DNA from: a virus
DNA: 64,000 bases
IMG/VR virus record: IMGVR_UViG_3300042516_005163
Span: 11,140 to 75,139 of that record
Reading direction: 5' to 3' (one strand)
Both the position numbers and the translations under genes were made by a program. The notes under the pieces are model-generated. The model saw only the letters and a list, made by a program, of their open reading frames with translations, was not told where the DNA came from and ran no database searches. Positions 19,843 to 30,487 of this stretch are shown piece after piece; positions within the stretch are counted from its first letter, which is position 1; the number at the start of each line of letters is the position of its first letter.

Positions 19843-21662
19843 CAAAAGACCCTAATTTCGTAGAATATAAATTACCAACAAATGCATATGCATCGTTTGA
19901 TGCTATGTCAATGAAGCAACAAATCATCGATAGATTAACAACTAATGGTGTTTTTACTGACCAGGTATTTGAAGGTAGTAATTTAAATGCAATTATTGAT
20001 ATAGTTGCATATATGTATCACGTTTTACTTTTTCAACTCAATCAAAACGCATCAGAAGGTATTTTTACCCAAGCTACAATTTATGAAAACATGAATAAGC
20101 TTGTCACGTTACTAAATTATAAGCCAAATGGACAACACACATCATTATTAGATTTTACTGTTACCGCTAATATTGGAATACCTGTTGGTGTGTATTTGAT
20201 AAGACGTTTTAGTTATATACCAGTTGATGGTTATAATTATACCACTATCAATGATATTACTTTTGAAAAAACAGTTAGTAGTGCTGAAGAAGTAGCAACA
20301 AATAATGTTTCCTTATATCAAGGTACACTTACAGAGTACCCAACATATGTTGCAACAGGTGAAAATTTCGAAACTGTTTTCATTGCATATAATAATTTAG
20401 TAGATGTTACAACACAAAAATTTGTAAGTGATAATACGTTTTCAGTATTTGTTAGAGAAATAAACGATAATAAATGGTATGAATATACTGAAACACCTTC
20501 TTTATATTTGAATATAGGTACTGATCGTGTTTTTGAAAAACGCTTTAATGAAAATGGTAGATATGAAGTTAAATTTGGTGACGGGGTTAATGGTAAAAGA
20601 TTAACAGCAGGTGATTCTGTTGGTATTTATTTCATATTATCTGACGGGGAACCTGGATTAGTTTCACCTAACGCGTTACAGGGTAACCAAATGTTGTTAT
20701 TCAATTCAACTCGCTTTAATCAAATTATTGGTGACATTTATGGTGATGTAACATTTGTAACTCAAACTGATTTACCTAATTTAGCATTTGATAATGAATT
20801 TGGTAGTACACCTGTTTCGGATTCAGAAACTGTAGATGAAATTCGTGTTAACGCTCCTAAATTATTTAGTGCTCAAAGCCGTGCTGTGACATTAACAGAC
20901 TATAAGTCAATCTTAGATAAAAACTTTAATTATATTCTTGCTTCTACTCAAGCAATGAATAATAACCAATATGTTAATACATATGTAAAATATTTTTATG
21001 ATATTGGTTTAGGTCAACCTAATGATGATACCGACGTTTTAATTAACCAAGTTAATTTTATGACTAGTACGAATTTTAACAATGTGTATCTTTTCATGGT
21101 ACCTAAATTCGGAACGATCAGAAATGAAACAACACCAGTTACTTTAAGTGTATCACAAAAGCAGTTGGTTGTAACTGAATTAAATAAAGTGAAAAGTGCA
21201 ACACATGAGGTGGTGCCTATGGACGCTATATATAAAGCATTTTCATTTGGATTAAATTTACCTGGAGAACAGTTATCCACTACAATAAAAGATGAAACAT
21301 TTTTAGTCATTAGACGATCTGAATTAAGTAAGCAGTCTCGTCTAAAAATTAAAAACGATGTTATATCAGTTATAACAAGTTATTTTGATACAGCAAATTG
21401 TGAACTTGGGCAGATTGTTGACTTAACTTCTCTATCTAATTCAATCTTAGCTATTGAAGGTGTGAGTAAGTTCTTTACAAGACGTGTAACTGCAACACAA
21501 ACATTGCAATTACCTGTAATTAGCATGCTATATTGGAATCCTAACTATTCTACTGCAGATATTAATATTGCTGCACAAAATATACCATTACAGGTATTTG
21601 AGTTTCCGTTTTTCTATCAGCAATCACTCTTAAGTAATAAAATCATAGTTGAAGATGAATAA
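19839..21662 (+). CDS. Baseplate wedge protein gp6-like
   Basis: FEGSNLNAIID, YEVKFGDGVNGK, ETVDEIRVNAP..QSRAVTLTDY. Confidence 0.9.
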   Translation: MTKDPNFVEYKLPTNAYASFDAMSMKQQIIDRLTTNGVFTDQVFEGSNLNAIIDIVAYMYHVLLFQLNQNASEGIFTQATIYENMNKLVTLLNYKPNGQHTSLLDFTVTANIGIPVGVYLIRRFSYIPVDGYNYTTINDITFEKTVSSAEEVATNNVSLYQGTLTEYPTYVATGENFETVFIAYNNLVDVTTQKFVSDNTFSVFVREINDNKWYEYTETPSLYLNIGTDRVFEKRFNENGRYEVKFGDGVNGKRLTAGDSVGIYFILSDGEPGLVSPNALQGNQMLLFNSTRFNQIIGDIYGDVTFVTQTDLPNLAFDNEFGSTPVSDSETVDEIRVNAPKLFSAQSRAVTLTDYKSILDKNFNYILASTQAMNNNQYVNTYVKYFYDIGLGQPNDDTDVLINQVNFMTSTNFNNVYLFMVPKFGTIRNETTPVTLSVSQKQLVVTELNKVKSATHEVVPMDAIYKAFSFGLNLPGEQLSTTIKDETFLVIRRSELSKQSRLKIKNDVISVITSYFDTANCELGQIVDLTSLSNSILAIEGVSKFFTRRVTATQTLQLPVISMLYWNPNYSTADINIAAQNIPLQVFEFPFFYQQSLLSNKIIVEDE

Positions 21663-23847
21663 TATTTTTGCGCCATTCTCTATTACAAATTTTCAGGGGT
21701 ATAGCACAGAATCTACCACTACATCTTCGTTTTCTCTAACAGGGTATACATTACCTATAACACCATTTACATGTAAACCTTCAACTAATGTTCAAATTGT
21801 AGGTGATCCTAATTTCTTTATCACCGAACCTGTAGTTTTTAGCTTTTTGACATCTGAAAATAATAGCGGTAATCTTAACTTTGTTACTGAAGAAAATGTA
21901 ATACCTACAAATTTGTCTAATAAAAGAATTGTTTGGTATTTCGGAGATGGTACATATTCTAATCAACTCACAGGTAAGCATGTTTACACAAAACCTGGTA
22001 TATACAATATTACAAATGTATATTTTGATGCATCTGGTTATTCATATCAAAATACATACTCACTTCAGCTTACCGTTTATAACTTTATACCCGATGCTTT
22101 GGTACCTTCTATTTCAAGTGAATATGTATCATCAAATCAATATGTTTTAACTGCAGGTAAAATTACCAACCCGTTTCGTATTGTTCGAACAACTTCATGG
22201 CAAAATAATTACCTACTTTCTGCTTCTTCTAGTTATAGACTTTATTCATTAAGTGGTACTGAAAATTATTTCGACCAAAAACTTACAACCAACAAATATG
22301 GTCATTTATACCCATATTCATCATTTTACGATGTACAAAGCGGTGAGTTGATCGAAATTCAAGACTTCACAACATCTAACACATTATTGTATTGTAAACT
22401 AAGCGGTGAAACACTTGTACAAACAACCGAAGAGGATATTAATAGTGTATTTTGTGGTGCTTCTGGTGATAAGCTATTATATTTTAAAGACGACTTACCA
22501 CGATCGAATATTAATTTGTATGTTATACCATATGATATCAACGTAGAAGTAAACCAAGTACCAATTGGTATTAATGCTACAGTTCTACCAAATACAGCTT
22601 TGAGTGCTTTAGCTATATCATCAAACGGTATAACTGGTGAAGGTTTTCGCAATAATACATTTGATATTGATAGTATTAAATTTGTAGGTGAAAAAATTAA
22701 CTTTGTTGTTACAATAAAAGACAATGAATGGTTTACCGTAGCTCTATCTGGTAATACTTCCTTTGCAAATTTATCTGTCTACCCTATAAACAGTCAAGGG
22801 GTACCCGTACATAACATTGGAACAATTACAAGTAATTTTTCATACTTATCATCTGTTTCGGGGGGATTTTTCCGCGGGTTGTTTACACCATCTATAACTG
22901 CAACTGATATTCGTTTAAAGGTTGATGGTCTTTCCCTTAGCGGGTCACCGTCAATATTTAGCGGACTTAGTGGACTTAGTGGTGTATCATCAACATTTAC
23001 CATATACCCTTCATCCGGTCAATATAATATTGCAAAAATTAACGAAGATTTTGATTTTACCAATCAAATGAAACAATTGAGATATCAAGAGTTTTTACAA
23101 GATTATAACGTGTTGTTTGATGACTTTTTTGGTACAATCTTTGGTAATTTATCTTCAGAGCCAACTTCAATGGGTAAATTACCATATGAGAAGATAACCA
23201 ACTTTGTTTCAAATAAACATAATGTTGATAAATGTGATGTTGATTCGTTATTCTCAATGTCATATGAAATCGCTAGTGATTTCAAAAAATTCGAGAAAAA
23301 CAACTTCAATTACCCAGCTAAACTTAAACGTTATGCTGATATATTTTCAATCAATCATTCACGTCTTTGGGGTGCTAAAAATCAATGGAATCTAAATTTT
23401 GACAATAAATTTGGTGCTGATTCGACAAAATATGGCATCAATTTTGGTACCAAATTAGATTTTTATACCACTGTGCTTACTGCAACAGATGGTTATATTA
23501 TTGCGTATGAAAAGTTTAGTGATACATTTAAGTTATGCAATACTTACATTACAACTAGTTCGGCACTATCTACCTATGCTTTAAGTTCATACAATGACAC
23601 ATGGGGTTGGAATTTAGTATTAGGTACAGGTATTAGTGGTAGCGAGATACTCAAATATTATGACTTCTATCAATATATTGATGTTAGAGATAATACTATT
23701 TTAGATAGTGTAATCAATTTTAACGACCCACTTAATACGGTAAATTATACAACTTCGTCATATAGCGAATGGGTAAATGATGGTGGTATCATTGATAATG
23801 TATTATCAAATATTTTATACACTAGTATCAATTTACTTAGTACTTAA
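21655..23847 (+). CDS. Baseplate-associated structural protein with PKD-like domain
   Basis: WYFGDGTYS..HVYTKPGIYNI; follows gp6 (gp7-like position). Confidence 0.6.
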   Translation: MNNIFAPFSITNFQGYSTESTTTSSFSLTGYTLPITPFTCKPSTNVQIVGDPNFFITEPVVFSFLTSENNSGNLNFVTEENVIPTNLSNKRIVWYFGDGTYSNQLTGKHVYTKPGIYNITNVYFDASGYSYQNTYSLQLTVYNFIPDALVPSISSEYVSSNQYVLTAGKITNPFRIVRTTSWQNNYLLSASSSYRLYSLSGTENYFDQKLTTNKYGHLYPYSSFYDVQSGELIEIQDFTTSNTLLYCKLSGETLVQTTEEDINSVFCGASGDKLLYFKDDLPRSNINLYVIPYDINVEVNQVPIGINATVLPNTALSALAISSNGITGEGFRNNTFDIDSIKFVGEKINFVVTIKDNEWFTVALSGNTSFANLSVYPINSQGVPVHNIGTITSNFSYLSSVSGGFFRGLFTPSITATDIRLKVDGLSLSGSPSIFSGLSGLSGVSSTFTIYPSSGQYNIAKINEDFDFTNQMKQLRYQEFLQDYNVLFDDFFGTIFGNLSSEPTSMGKLPYEKITNFVSNKHNVDKCDVDSLFSMSYEIASDFKKFEKNNFNYPAKLKRYADIFSINHSRLWGAKNQWNLNFDNKFGADSTKYGINFGTKLDFYTTVLTATDGYIIAYEKFSDTFKLCNTYITTSSALSTYALSSYNDTWGWNLVLGTGISGSEILKYYDFYQYIDVRDNTILDSVINFNDPLNTVNYTTSSYSEWVNDGGIIDNVLSNILYTSINLLST

Positions 23848-23856
23848 ATATAATTG

Positions 23857-26499
23857 ATGGAGACTTCAGTTATATTTTCTTTTAGTGAGATAGATTATTC
23901 TATTACTAACCCAAAAGCTACTATTACGTATGATAATAGTGCTCCATTCACTTTTATAGAATTTTTAAAATATACAGGGGATACATATACTCCAAATGTG
24001 TATGATAAATTTTATCAAGAGTATTTAAAAAGTTGGTACACAACACAAAATAAAACAGATATAACAGAAGCAGATTTCATTGCAACTCAATATGTTGATC
24101 TACTTAAACAGTTAACACTCACCTATTCAACAAAAGATGAACAGCGTTTCCTATCAAATATTGATTTTGATGACCCAGAAGACCTTGAAATTGTAATTCC
24201 ATTTTATACAAGAAAGTTAAAGGAAATTATTATCTTTTACAAGGATAGAAGAGATAAACTTAAATTTGTTATCGATAAAAATAAACGTAAGACAACCAAT
24301 TTAAGTATTGAACTTGCAATAAAAGAAAATATTATTGATTTCTTATTCGATAACAATACATTTCACACATTAAATTATTCACATTCAGCTCTTGCAAATG
24401 ATATTGAAATTGAAGTTGAAGAATTAGTTGACACATTTGGTGCATATTTAAATGCTGCTCCAACCCCTTCTTCATATGGTGGTGATTTAAGAGAGCAATA
24501 TTATTCTGCAAACCGTAATGATATAAACGGTGATGATATCCTTTCTATTAATGATTATCTTTCTAACACGTTATTCAGAAATACGTTCTTAAAAGAACTT
24601 GGAGTTGCATTTACAGTAAACGTTAATTTAACATATGACCCGGTATGTAGTCCTAACAACCCTATTGGTAAGTTTATTGATGAAAAGACCAAGAACGGGA
24701 TTACCCCCGCAGATAAACAATCACTCAAAACTCAGTTATTAGAAAAATATATTGGTGTTGATTACTATTATATTCAACGCACAACTGATAATCAAATCTT
24801 ATCAGGTAAGCTGTTAACAGCTAGAAACCCTTCAGGTAACCTTATAAACGTTAAAAACGCTTCTGTTGCTGCAGTACCATCAGATCAGTTAACATCATTG
24901 AAGAAAATCGGTTTATTCTTTAACGAAGATCATCAAGGTGTTTTAAGATTTGATAGTTCAAAAAGTGATTATACAATAGATACTAATCAAATTCAATCTG
25001 GTCAAACTATTGTATACCCAGATCCATTAGTTTACGGGGATGTATTTTACTATCAAAATATACCACTAACTTTTTATGTTGACAACACGGTTAACGCAAA
25101 AAACATTTCAACATCATATACGACTGGTGATCCGTTAGTTACATATCGCGATCAACCGTTCTACGCTTATTATTCAAAACAACAGACATATAGTGAGTCA
25201 CCTGATAGTGCACAAGATGACTTTAAACGACTATACAATCAAGGTTACGCTCAAGGTTGGAAAGAAGACATTTACGGTAATGAATATGGAATGTTTAAAG
25301 ATCCATTCGGTCAATATTTTTATGGTATTCAAGAGCAAAGTGAAAACTACGTTAAATTATTACCATTAAATGGGTTTACATTTAATTTCAATATTAGCTC
25401 TGATTTAACAGGTTATCCACCCACTTTAACCAATTCAAAACTCACATTAAGTGGTGGTACATTTGTGGGTCAAGATAGTATACCTAACTATTATTTTAAT
25501 TTTAGACTTTTCCAACCATATCAAGATATCCCATCAAGATATGACTTGTACCCGCTTTCTGGTGTTTCAACTATTTTATTAAATCAAGTACCTCTTGCTC
25601 AGGCTACCACTGTTATTAGTTCAATTACAGGTACAAATACATATTTGGATATCAAAAACAAAACCTTACTCGAAGGTGGTGTTTATGTAAAAAATATTGT
25701 TACAAATGAAATCCAACCTCTTTCAACTGCATTACAACCCACCTTTAATAAGTATCCAGCTGCAGTTCGTAATGATATCTACAATGGCATAACAACATTT
25801 GATGTTATCTACAATACAATCGTACTTGATTCACCAAATTATGTTGTTGTGGAAAAAGTTGAGTTTGATTCAACTGGTTTTATTACACCAAAAACAGCTA
25901 ATAGTTATGTTACTATTAATGGTGATCCGCTTGCTAAAAATAGTAATAAATTCTTTAGTCCAAAGACAAATGATATATTTTTCTATGTAACTAGAATTTA
26001 TAATCAATTTTCTAACGATAGCAGCAAGATTATTTACCCAGAGATTTACAAATATAATATCAATGATAGTGTGTTGATTAAAGTGTTTCCACAAACTAAC
26101 ACCTATATTACAAATGTAAGTTCAAATTTCAGTTTATTCAATGTAATTAGTAGTTTAAACATTGTAGAGATAGATACCCCTAGATTGACGTATAATAGTA
26201 GTAACAACTTGTTCGTTGCTAATTATATTGGTAAAGATTCTAATAAATCACCTTACTTATATGATATTCAATTCAAACTAGTAGCTGATCAGGTACAAAT
26301 AGAATCTTGCAAGGTGTTTGATATTAACACTTCAAAAGCTACTAGCAATTTTTATTGTGCATCATCTTCAGGGGTATTATCAACTATATCAGCACCTGCT
26401 TCAAGTGTATATAGTTATTATAATTTAAACTTTTCCTTCTTTAGTTCTGTTTCAAACTTTAGCGTGTTAAATAACATGGAGGGATATTTTCAATTCTAA
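23857..26499 (+). CDS. Large structural protein (baseplate periphery)
   Basis: 880 aa, late promoter, structural cluster. Confidence 0.55.
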   Translation: METSVIFSFSEIDYSITNPKATITYDNSAPFTFIEFLKYTGDTYTPNVYDKFYQEYLKSWYTTQNKTDITEADFIATQYVDLLKQLTLTYSTKDEQRFLSNIDFDDPEDLEIVIPFYTRKLKEIIIFYKDRRDKLKFVIDKNKRKTTNLSIELAIKENIIDFLFDNNTFHTLNYSHSALANDIEIEVEELVDTFGAYLNAAPTPSSYGGDLREQYYSANRNDINGDDILSINDYLSNTLFRNTFLKELGVAFTVNVNLTYDPVCSPNNPIGKFIDEKTKNGITPADKQSLKTQLLEKYIGVDYYYIQRTTDNQILSGKLLTARNPSGNLINVKNASVAAVPSDQLTSLKKIGLFFNEDHQGVLRFDSSKSDYTIDTNQIQSGQTIVYPDPLVYGDVFYYQNIPLTFYVDNTVNAKNISTSYTTGDPLVTYRDQPFYAYYSKQQTYSESPDSAQDDFKRLYNQGYAQGWKEDIYGNEYGMFKDPFGQYFYGIQEQSENYVKLLPLNGFTFNFNISSDLTGYPPTLTNSKLTLSGGTFVGQDSIPNYYFNFRLFQPYQDIPSRYDLYPLSGVSTILLNQVPLAQATTVISSITGTNTYLDIKNKTLLEGGVYVKNIVTNEIQPLSTALQPTFNKYPAAVRNDIYNGITTFDVIYNTIVLDSPNYVVVEKVEFDSTGFITPKTANSYVTINGDPLAKNSNKFFSPKTNDIFFYVTRIYNQFSNDSSKIIYPEIYKYNINDSVLIKVFPQTNTYITNVSSNFSLFNVISSLNIVEIDTPRLTYNSSNNLFVANYIGKDSNKSPYLYDIQFKLVADQVQIESCKVFDINTSKATSNFYCASSSGVLSTISAPASSVYSYYNLNFSFFSSVSNFSVLNNMEGYFQF

Positions 26500-27524
26500 T
26501 GCAAACAACTACATATTCTGTTTCAACGAATCCATGGGTAACGCAAGGTGATGCTGTTATATTCAGCGATATCATTTATATCAAAGGTCAATCTACGTTT
26601 GAACTTAGCTTATCAGGTATAAATGAAACAGTTAACAAAGTTAAATCAATTACAATTGATTGGGGTGATGGCGCACCAGTTGAAACTCATACAATCGGGT
26701 TAGTTAAAAATTACTATAACGAAAGTGTAATTAATGAATTTTTAACAGGGGTTGAAAATACCATCTGTACAAGTTATTACCACACATATTATCCAATTCA
26801 ATCAAGTTATTTGGTTGAAAGAACATGTAAAGCTATAGTAACGTTTCTTGCTAATGAACAAACATTACTTTCACAAAGTACATTAGAAATATATGTTCCT
26901 TTAAGAATTTCACAAACGTCGTATTATGATTCTGTTGAAGAATTGTTTTTAGTTAACAGCCAACTCTTACCTCTTTCAACTTCTAATACATTATTAAATT
27001 TACAGACATTGAATAGCAGGTTTACAATACCAGTTATTACAGATACAACTTTATCTGCATCTGCTGTTTCAACATTAACATCGTTCAGCACTAGTAATTT
27101 CTCAACATCAACAACACCACTTTCAGATCTTTACACATTATATGATGTTACAATAGTAACAAACTTTGATGGGGACTATAACATAACACCTGCAGCAACA
27201 ATAAGACCAAACGTACCTCGTTCACTCTATCCAACTATTGGTATAGTTGACCCGTTAGTTGTATCGTTGACGGATGAATATCAAGTAGGTATATATGAAA
27301 CTGGATCAACCGGGTGGGATACATACAAATTTTATGATGATGGTTCAGTTCATACAATTCGTTTAACAACATTGAGTGGTACATTTAATAGTGCTCAAAT
27401 TATTTCCAACACATGTGGTGTAGGCATTGTTTCACTAACATCACCTGTAAGCTCGACGTATGATATACAAATTACCACACCTCAAAGCAATGGTACGCTC
27501 TTCATACGATATAGTAAAACATAA
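26499..27524 (+). CDS. Structural protein, PKD-like, Ser/Thr-rich
   Basis: ITIDWGDG..YHTY. Confidence 0.5.
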   Translation: MQTTTYSVSTNPWVTQGDAVIFSDIIYIKGQSTFELSLSGINETVNKVKSITIDWGDGAPVETHTIGLVKNYYNESVINEFLTGVENTICTSYYHTYYPIQSSYLVERTCKAIVTFLANEQTLLSQSTLEIYVPLRISQTSYYDSVEELFLVNSQLLPLSTSNTLLNLQTLNSRFTIPVITDTTLSASAVSTLTSFSTSNFSTSTTPLSDLYTLYDVTIVTNFDGDYNITPAATIRPNVPRSLYPTIGIVDPLVVSLTDEYQVGIYETGSTGWDTYKFYDDGSVHTIRLTTLSGTFNSAQIISNTCGVGIVSLTSPVSSTYDIQITTPQSNGTLFIRYSKT

Positions 27525-27537
27525 ATAAATATATAAA

Positions 27538-28683
27538 ATGCCAAACATTAAGTTTTCAGAATTACCACTTGCTACAACCGTCGACGGTAATGATATTTTT
27601 ACTCTGGTAGAACAACCTCAGCTCGTTAATAAAATTGTCACATATCAGACTCTAGTAAGTCAAATCACTGCTTTAACACCAGTACAACAAACATCATTTG
27701 TTCGGTTATCTGGTGATACAATGACTGGTTATTTAACTCTTAATGCAAACCCAGTTAACAATTTACATGCAGCAACAAAACAATATGTAGATACAGTAGC
27801 AGGAGATTTACCAATTGGTACGGTAATGTATTTTGCTGCAAGTTCTGCGCCTGTTGGTTGGTTTGAATGTGATGGTAGAATTTTGAATACAGCTTCATTC
27901 CCTGATTTATTTGCTGCTATTCGTTATACATATGGTGGTGCTGGTGTATCATTTAACTTACCCGACTTACGTGGTGAATTTTTAAGAGGTTGGGATCGTA
28001 GTAGTGTACAAGGAGCGCGAGGTGTAGATTCTGGTCGTGTGTTTGGTAGTTCACAAACCGACGCAATGAGACCACTTACCGGTGAAGCACCAATGTATGC
28101 TATTAATGGTTTTGGTACCGGTACTGGTGTATTTTCACAACCACCACAAAATGCAAATGGTAATGGTACAGCTCCTGGAACTTTTGCAAATTACGGGTTG
28201 AGATTTAATTCTCAAGCAGCACTATCAAGTAATACAGCTAATGAAATTAGACCACGCAACGTTGCGATGCTTCCATGTATAAAATATTCTTCAGCTGGTC
28301 AAGTTTCACAAGTTGGATTGAGTGCACAACAACTTATTAACTATATTACAAGTTTAAGTTCTCAAATACCTAATTCAAAGTCTGTAGCTAAAGCTTGGGT
28401 AACATTCGCAGGTCAAACAGCAACACCAGGTATTTCTGCTTTTTATAACGTAACAAGTGGTACAAAAAACAGCACAGGTAATTATACATTCACATTTACT
28501 AGCGCTTTATCTGATGCAAGATATGGTGTTTTTATAAGTGATAATTATGCTGGTGCCGGCTCTGTTAACAGATATGTGATAAGTCAATCTACTAGCAATT
28601 TTACGGTGCAGTTTAAAGATTCAGGTGTCGGAGGCAACGTATATGACCCACCTTTTGCATACATAGCTATTTTCGGCAATTAA
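27538..28683 (+). CDS. Tail fibre with phage tail collar domain
   Basis: HAATKQYVD; PIGTVMYFA..GWFECDG..FNLPDLRGEFLRGWD..RPRNVAM. Confidence 0.88.
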   Translation: MPNIKFSELPLATTVDGNDIFTLVEQPQLVNKIVTYQTLVSQITALTPVQQTSFVRLSGDTMTGYLTLNANPVNNLHAATKQYVDTVAGDLPIGTVMYFAASSAPVGWFECDGRILNTASFPDLFAAIRYTYGGAGVSFNLPDLRGEFLRGWDRSSVQGARGVDSGRVFGSSQTDAMRPLTGEAPMYAINGFGTGTGVFSQPPQNANGNGTAPGTFANYGLRFNSQAALSSNTANEIRPRNVAMLPCIKYSSAGQVSQVGLSAQQLINYITSLSSQIPNSKSVAKAWVTFAGQTATPGISAFYNVTSGTKNSTGNYTFTFTSALSDARYGVFISDNYAGAGSVNRYVISQSTSNFTVQFKDSGVGGNVYDPPFAYIAIFGN

Positions 28684-28689
28684 TATATT

Positions 28690-29091
28690 ATGATAATTTT
28701 ACACCCACAACAAGATAATAAATTAGCGGTAACCGTTCCATGTGTTAGTTTGGAATTAGCAATCGCTGCGTTACCAACTAACACATATAAGGTTGTTGAA
28801 ACACTTGATATTAACAATGATTTTTTTGATGCATATGAGTTTGATCAAGATAAAGGTGCTGTGTTAAATATCAAAAAGGCTAAAGAAATTAAACTTAATA
28901 AATTTAGACAAGCTCGTAAACCATTGCTTGAACAGTTAGACATTGAATATATGAGAGCTATCGAAACATCTAATACTGCTAAAAAGAAGTCTATTGCAGC
29001 AACAAAACAAGAATTGAGAGATGTAACAGCTATTGAAATCCCAACTAATATCGATGAATTAGCTGAGTTTTGGCCTGACATTTTAAAATAA
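28690..29091 (+). CDS. Tail fibre assembly chaperone-like protein
   Basis: KAKEI..RQARKPLLEQLDIEYMRA..KQELRDVT..WP; follows fibre. Confidence 0.65.
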   Translation: MIILHPQQDNKLAVTVPCVSLELAIAALPTNTYKVVETLDINNDFFDAYEFDQDKGAVLNIKKAKEIKLNKFRQARKPLLEQLDIEYMRAIETSNTAKKKSIAATKQELRDVTAIEIPTNIDELAEFWPDILK

Positions 29092-29099
29092 ATATTCAT

Positions 29100-29588
29100 A
29101 TGAATATTTGGTTTTATGGTCTTCCCGCGGCAGGTAAAACAACTTTATCAAACGAGTTGTATAAAATATTACCCCATACTAAACAACTCGATGAGGGTGT
29201 TGTTCGTAAGCTCTTTAACGATAATTTAGGGTATTCTAAAGCAGATAGATTTACCCAAATTAAACGAGTTGTTGCTCTTTGTAATCAATTAAACGATGTT
29301 GGGGTTGATTGTATTATGTCTGTTACAACACCTTATAAGGAGTTTAGAGCATACGTTAAAACCCATCTTGAGAACGTAAAGCTTGTATATGTAGATTGTT
29401 CTCCAGAAACTTGCGAACGACGTGATCCGAAAGGAATGTATAAAAAAGCTAGAAATGGTGAGCTTAAAGAATTTACAGGTGTATCTAGCACATTCGAATA
29501 CCCATCAGCAGGTGAATATGATTTATTTGTAAATACAGAAAATAATACAATTAGTGAATGTATAGATCTAATTGTCAAAAAACTTTGA
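29100..29588 (+). CDS. cysC: Adenylyl-sulfate (APS) kinase
   Basis: GLPAAGKTTL, LGYSKADR, CERRDPKGMYKKAR.G..KEFTGV...FEYP. Confidence 0.9.
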   Translation: MNIWFYGLPAAGKTTLSNELYKILPHTKQLDEGVVRKLFNDNLGYSKADRFTQIKRVVALCNQLNDVGVDCIMSVTTPYKEFRAYVKTHLENVKLVYVDCSPETCERRDPKGMYKKARNGELKEFTGVSSTFEYPSAGEYDLFVNTENNTISECIDLIVKKL

Positions 29589-29603
29589 AATGATCTCCCA
29601 GCC

Positions 29604-29723
29604 TCAAAAGGGTATCTGATCTTGAAATGGTAATATTGTTAATATGTTTTTAGTAACACACGCAAACCCAGTATCAAGAGTTGGTAAATCACCAAAAAAT
29701 ACATAGTTCATATTATCTGTCAT
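29604..29723 (-). pseudogene. 39-codon remnant resembling a GT-B glycosyltransferase N-terminus
   Basis: MTDNMNYVFFGDLPTLDTGFACVTKNIL..stop; GDxPTxxTGFxxVxxNIL pattern; own TTGATA/-10-like promoter. Confidence 0.45.
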
Positions 29724-29776
29724 CAGATAAATTTAAACAATTTTGTTGATTTATCAATGCAATTAATTATCTAAAA

Positions 29777-30487
29777 TTATGGTGTTGCTGGAATAGCTGT
29801 ACCATAACGAGTATTGAAATATGTCCATACTGTATTGCGAGCTCCACTGCTTAACACACTGTTATAGAACAATAATTCACTAATTTCGTAGTTTGCATAT
29901 AACCCATCACCCCGGCGGAACAATCGCATTGGTGCTGCAGACTTTGAGTAATTAGCTGATGTACTGCCATTTGTGTTATCACTGGCTCGTAATGTACCAG
30001 TTGTTGCATTACCAGTTATACAATAAGCAAAGTTATTACCCACGGACATTGTAGCTTGAAATATACCTCCGGTGTTTGCATTAATAGTACACACTGAACT
30101 ACCATTATATTGTAACAATATATAATTACCATCTGGACCAAAATCATCAACGCCTATAATGTTTACAGTACCGGTATCACTGACTAACTTACCAACCACA
30201 AAAAGGGACCATGCAGTACAACTTACTAAAGAACTTAATAACATACCATCGTTAACCCCATCTGCTTGTACCGCTGGGCGACCATTAATGCGATTGGTTT
30301 TAAATGTTGGGCGCTCTGTACCACTACTAGTAAAATGATTACCATTACCACTCCAATCTGTAAACTGGCTAACAGGGTCATTGTTAGCATAGCTTTCTTG
30401 ATTAGCATCTAACCAAATTAATGGACCACTAACCGGGGGTAAATTGGGACCAGTTGCTGCAAAAATACCATGTAAAGAAGGAATCAT
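29777..30487 (-). CDS. LamG/concanavalin-like lectin-fold adhesin
   Basis: LIWLDA..DPVSQFTDWSGNGNH..RPT..INGRPAV..DG..D, ISELLFYNSVLS. Confidence 0.7.
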   Translation of the reverse strand: MIPSLHGIFAATGPNLPPVSGPLIWLDANQESYANNDPVSQFTDWSGNGNHFTSSGTERPTFKTNRINGRPAVQADGVNDGMLLSSLVSCTAWSLFVVGKLVSDTGTVNIIGVDDFGPDGNYILLQYNGSSVCTINANTGGIFQATMSVGNNFAYCITGNATTGTLRASDNTNGSTSANYSKSAAPMRLFRRGDGLYANYEISELLFYNSVLSSGARNTVWTYFNTRYGTAIPATP

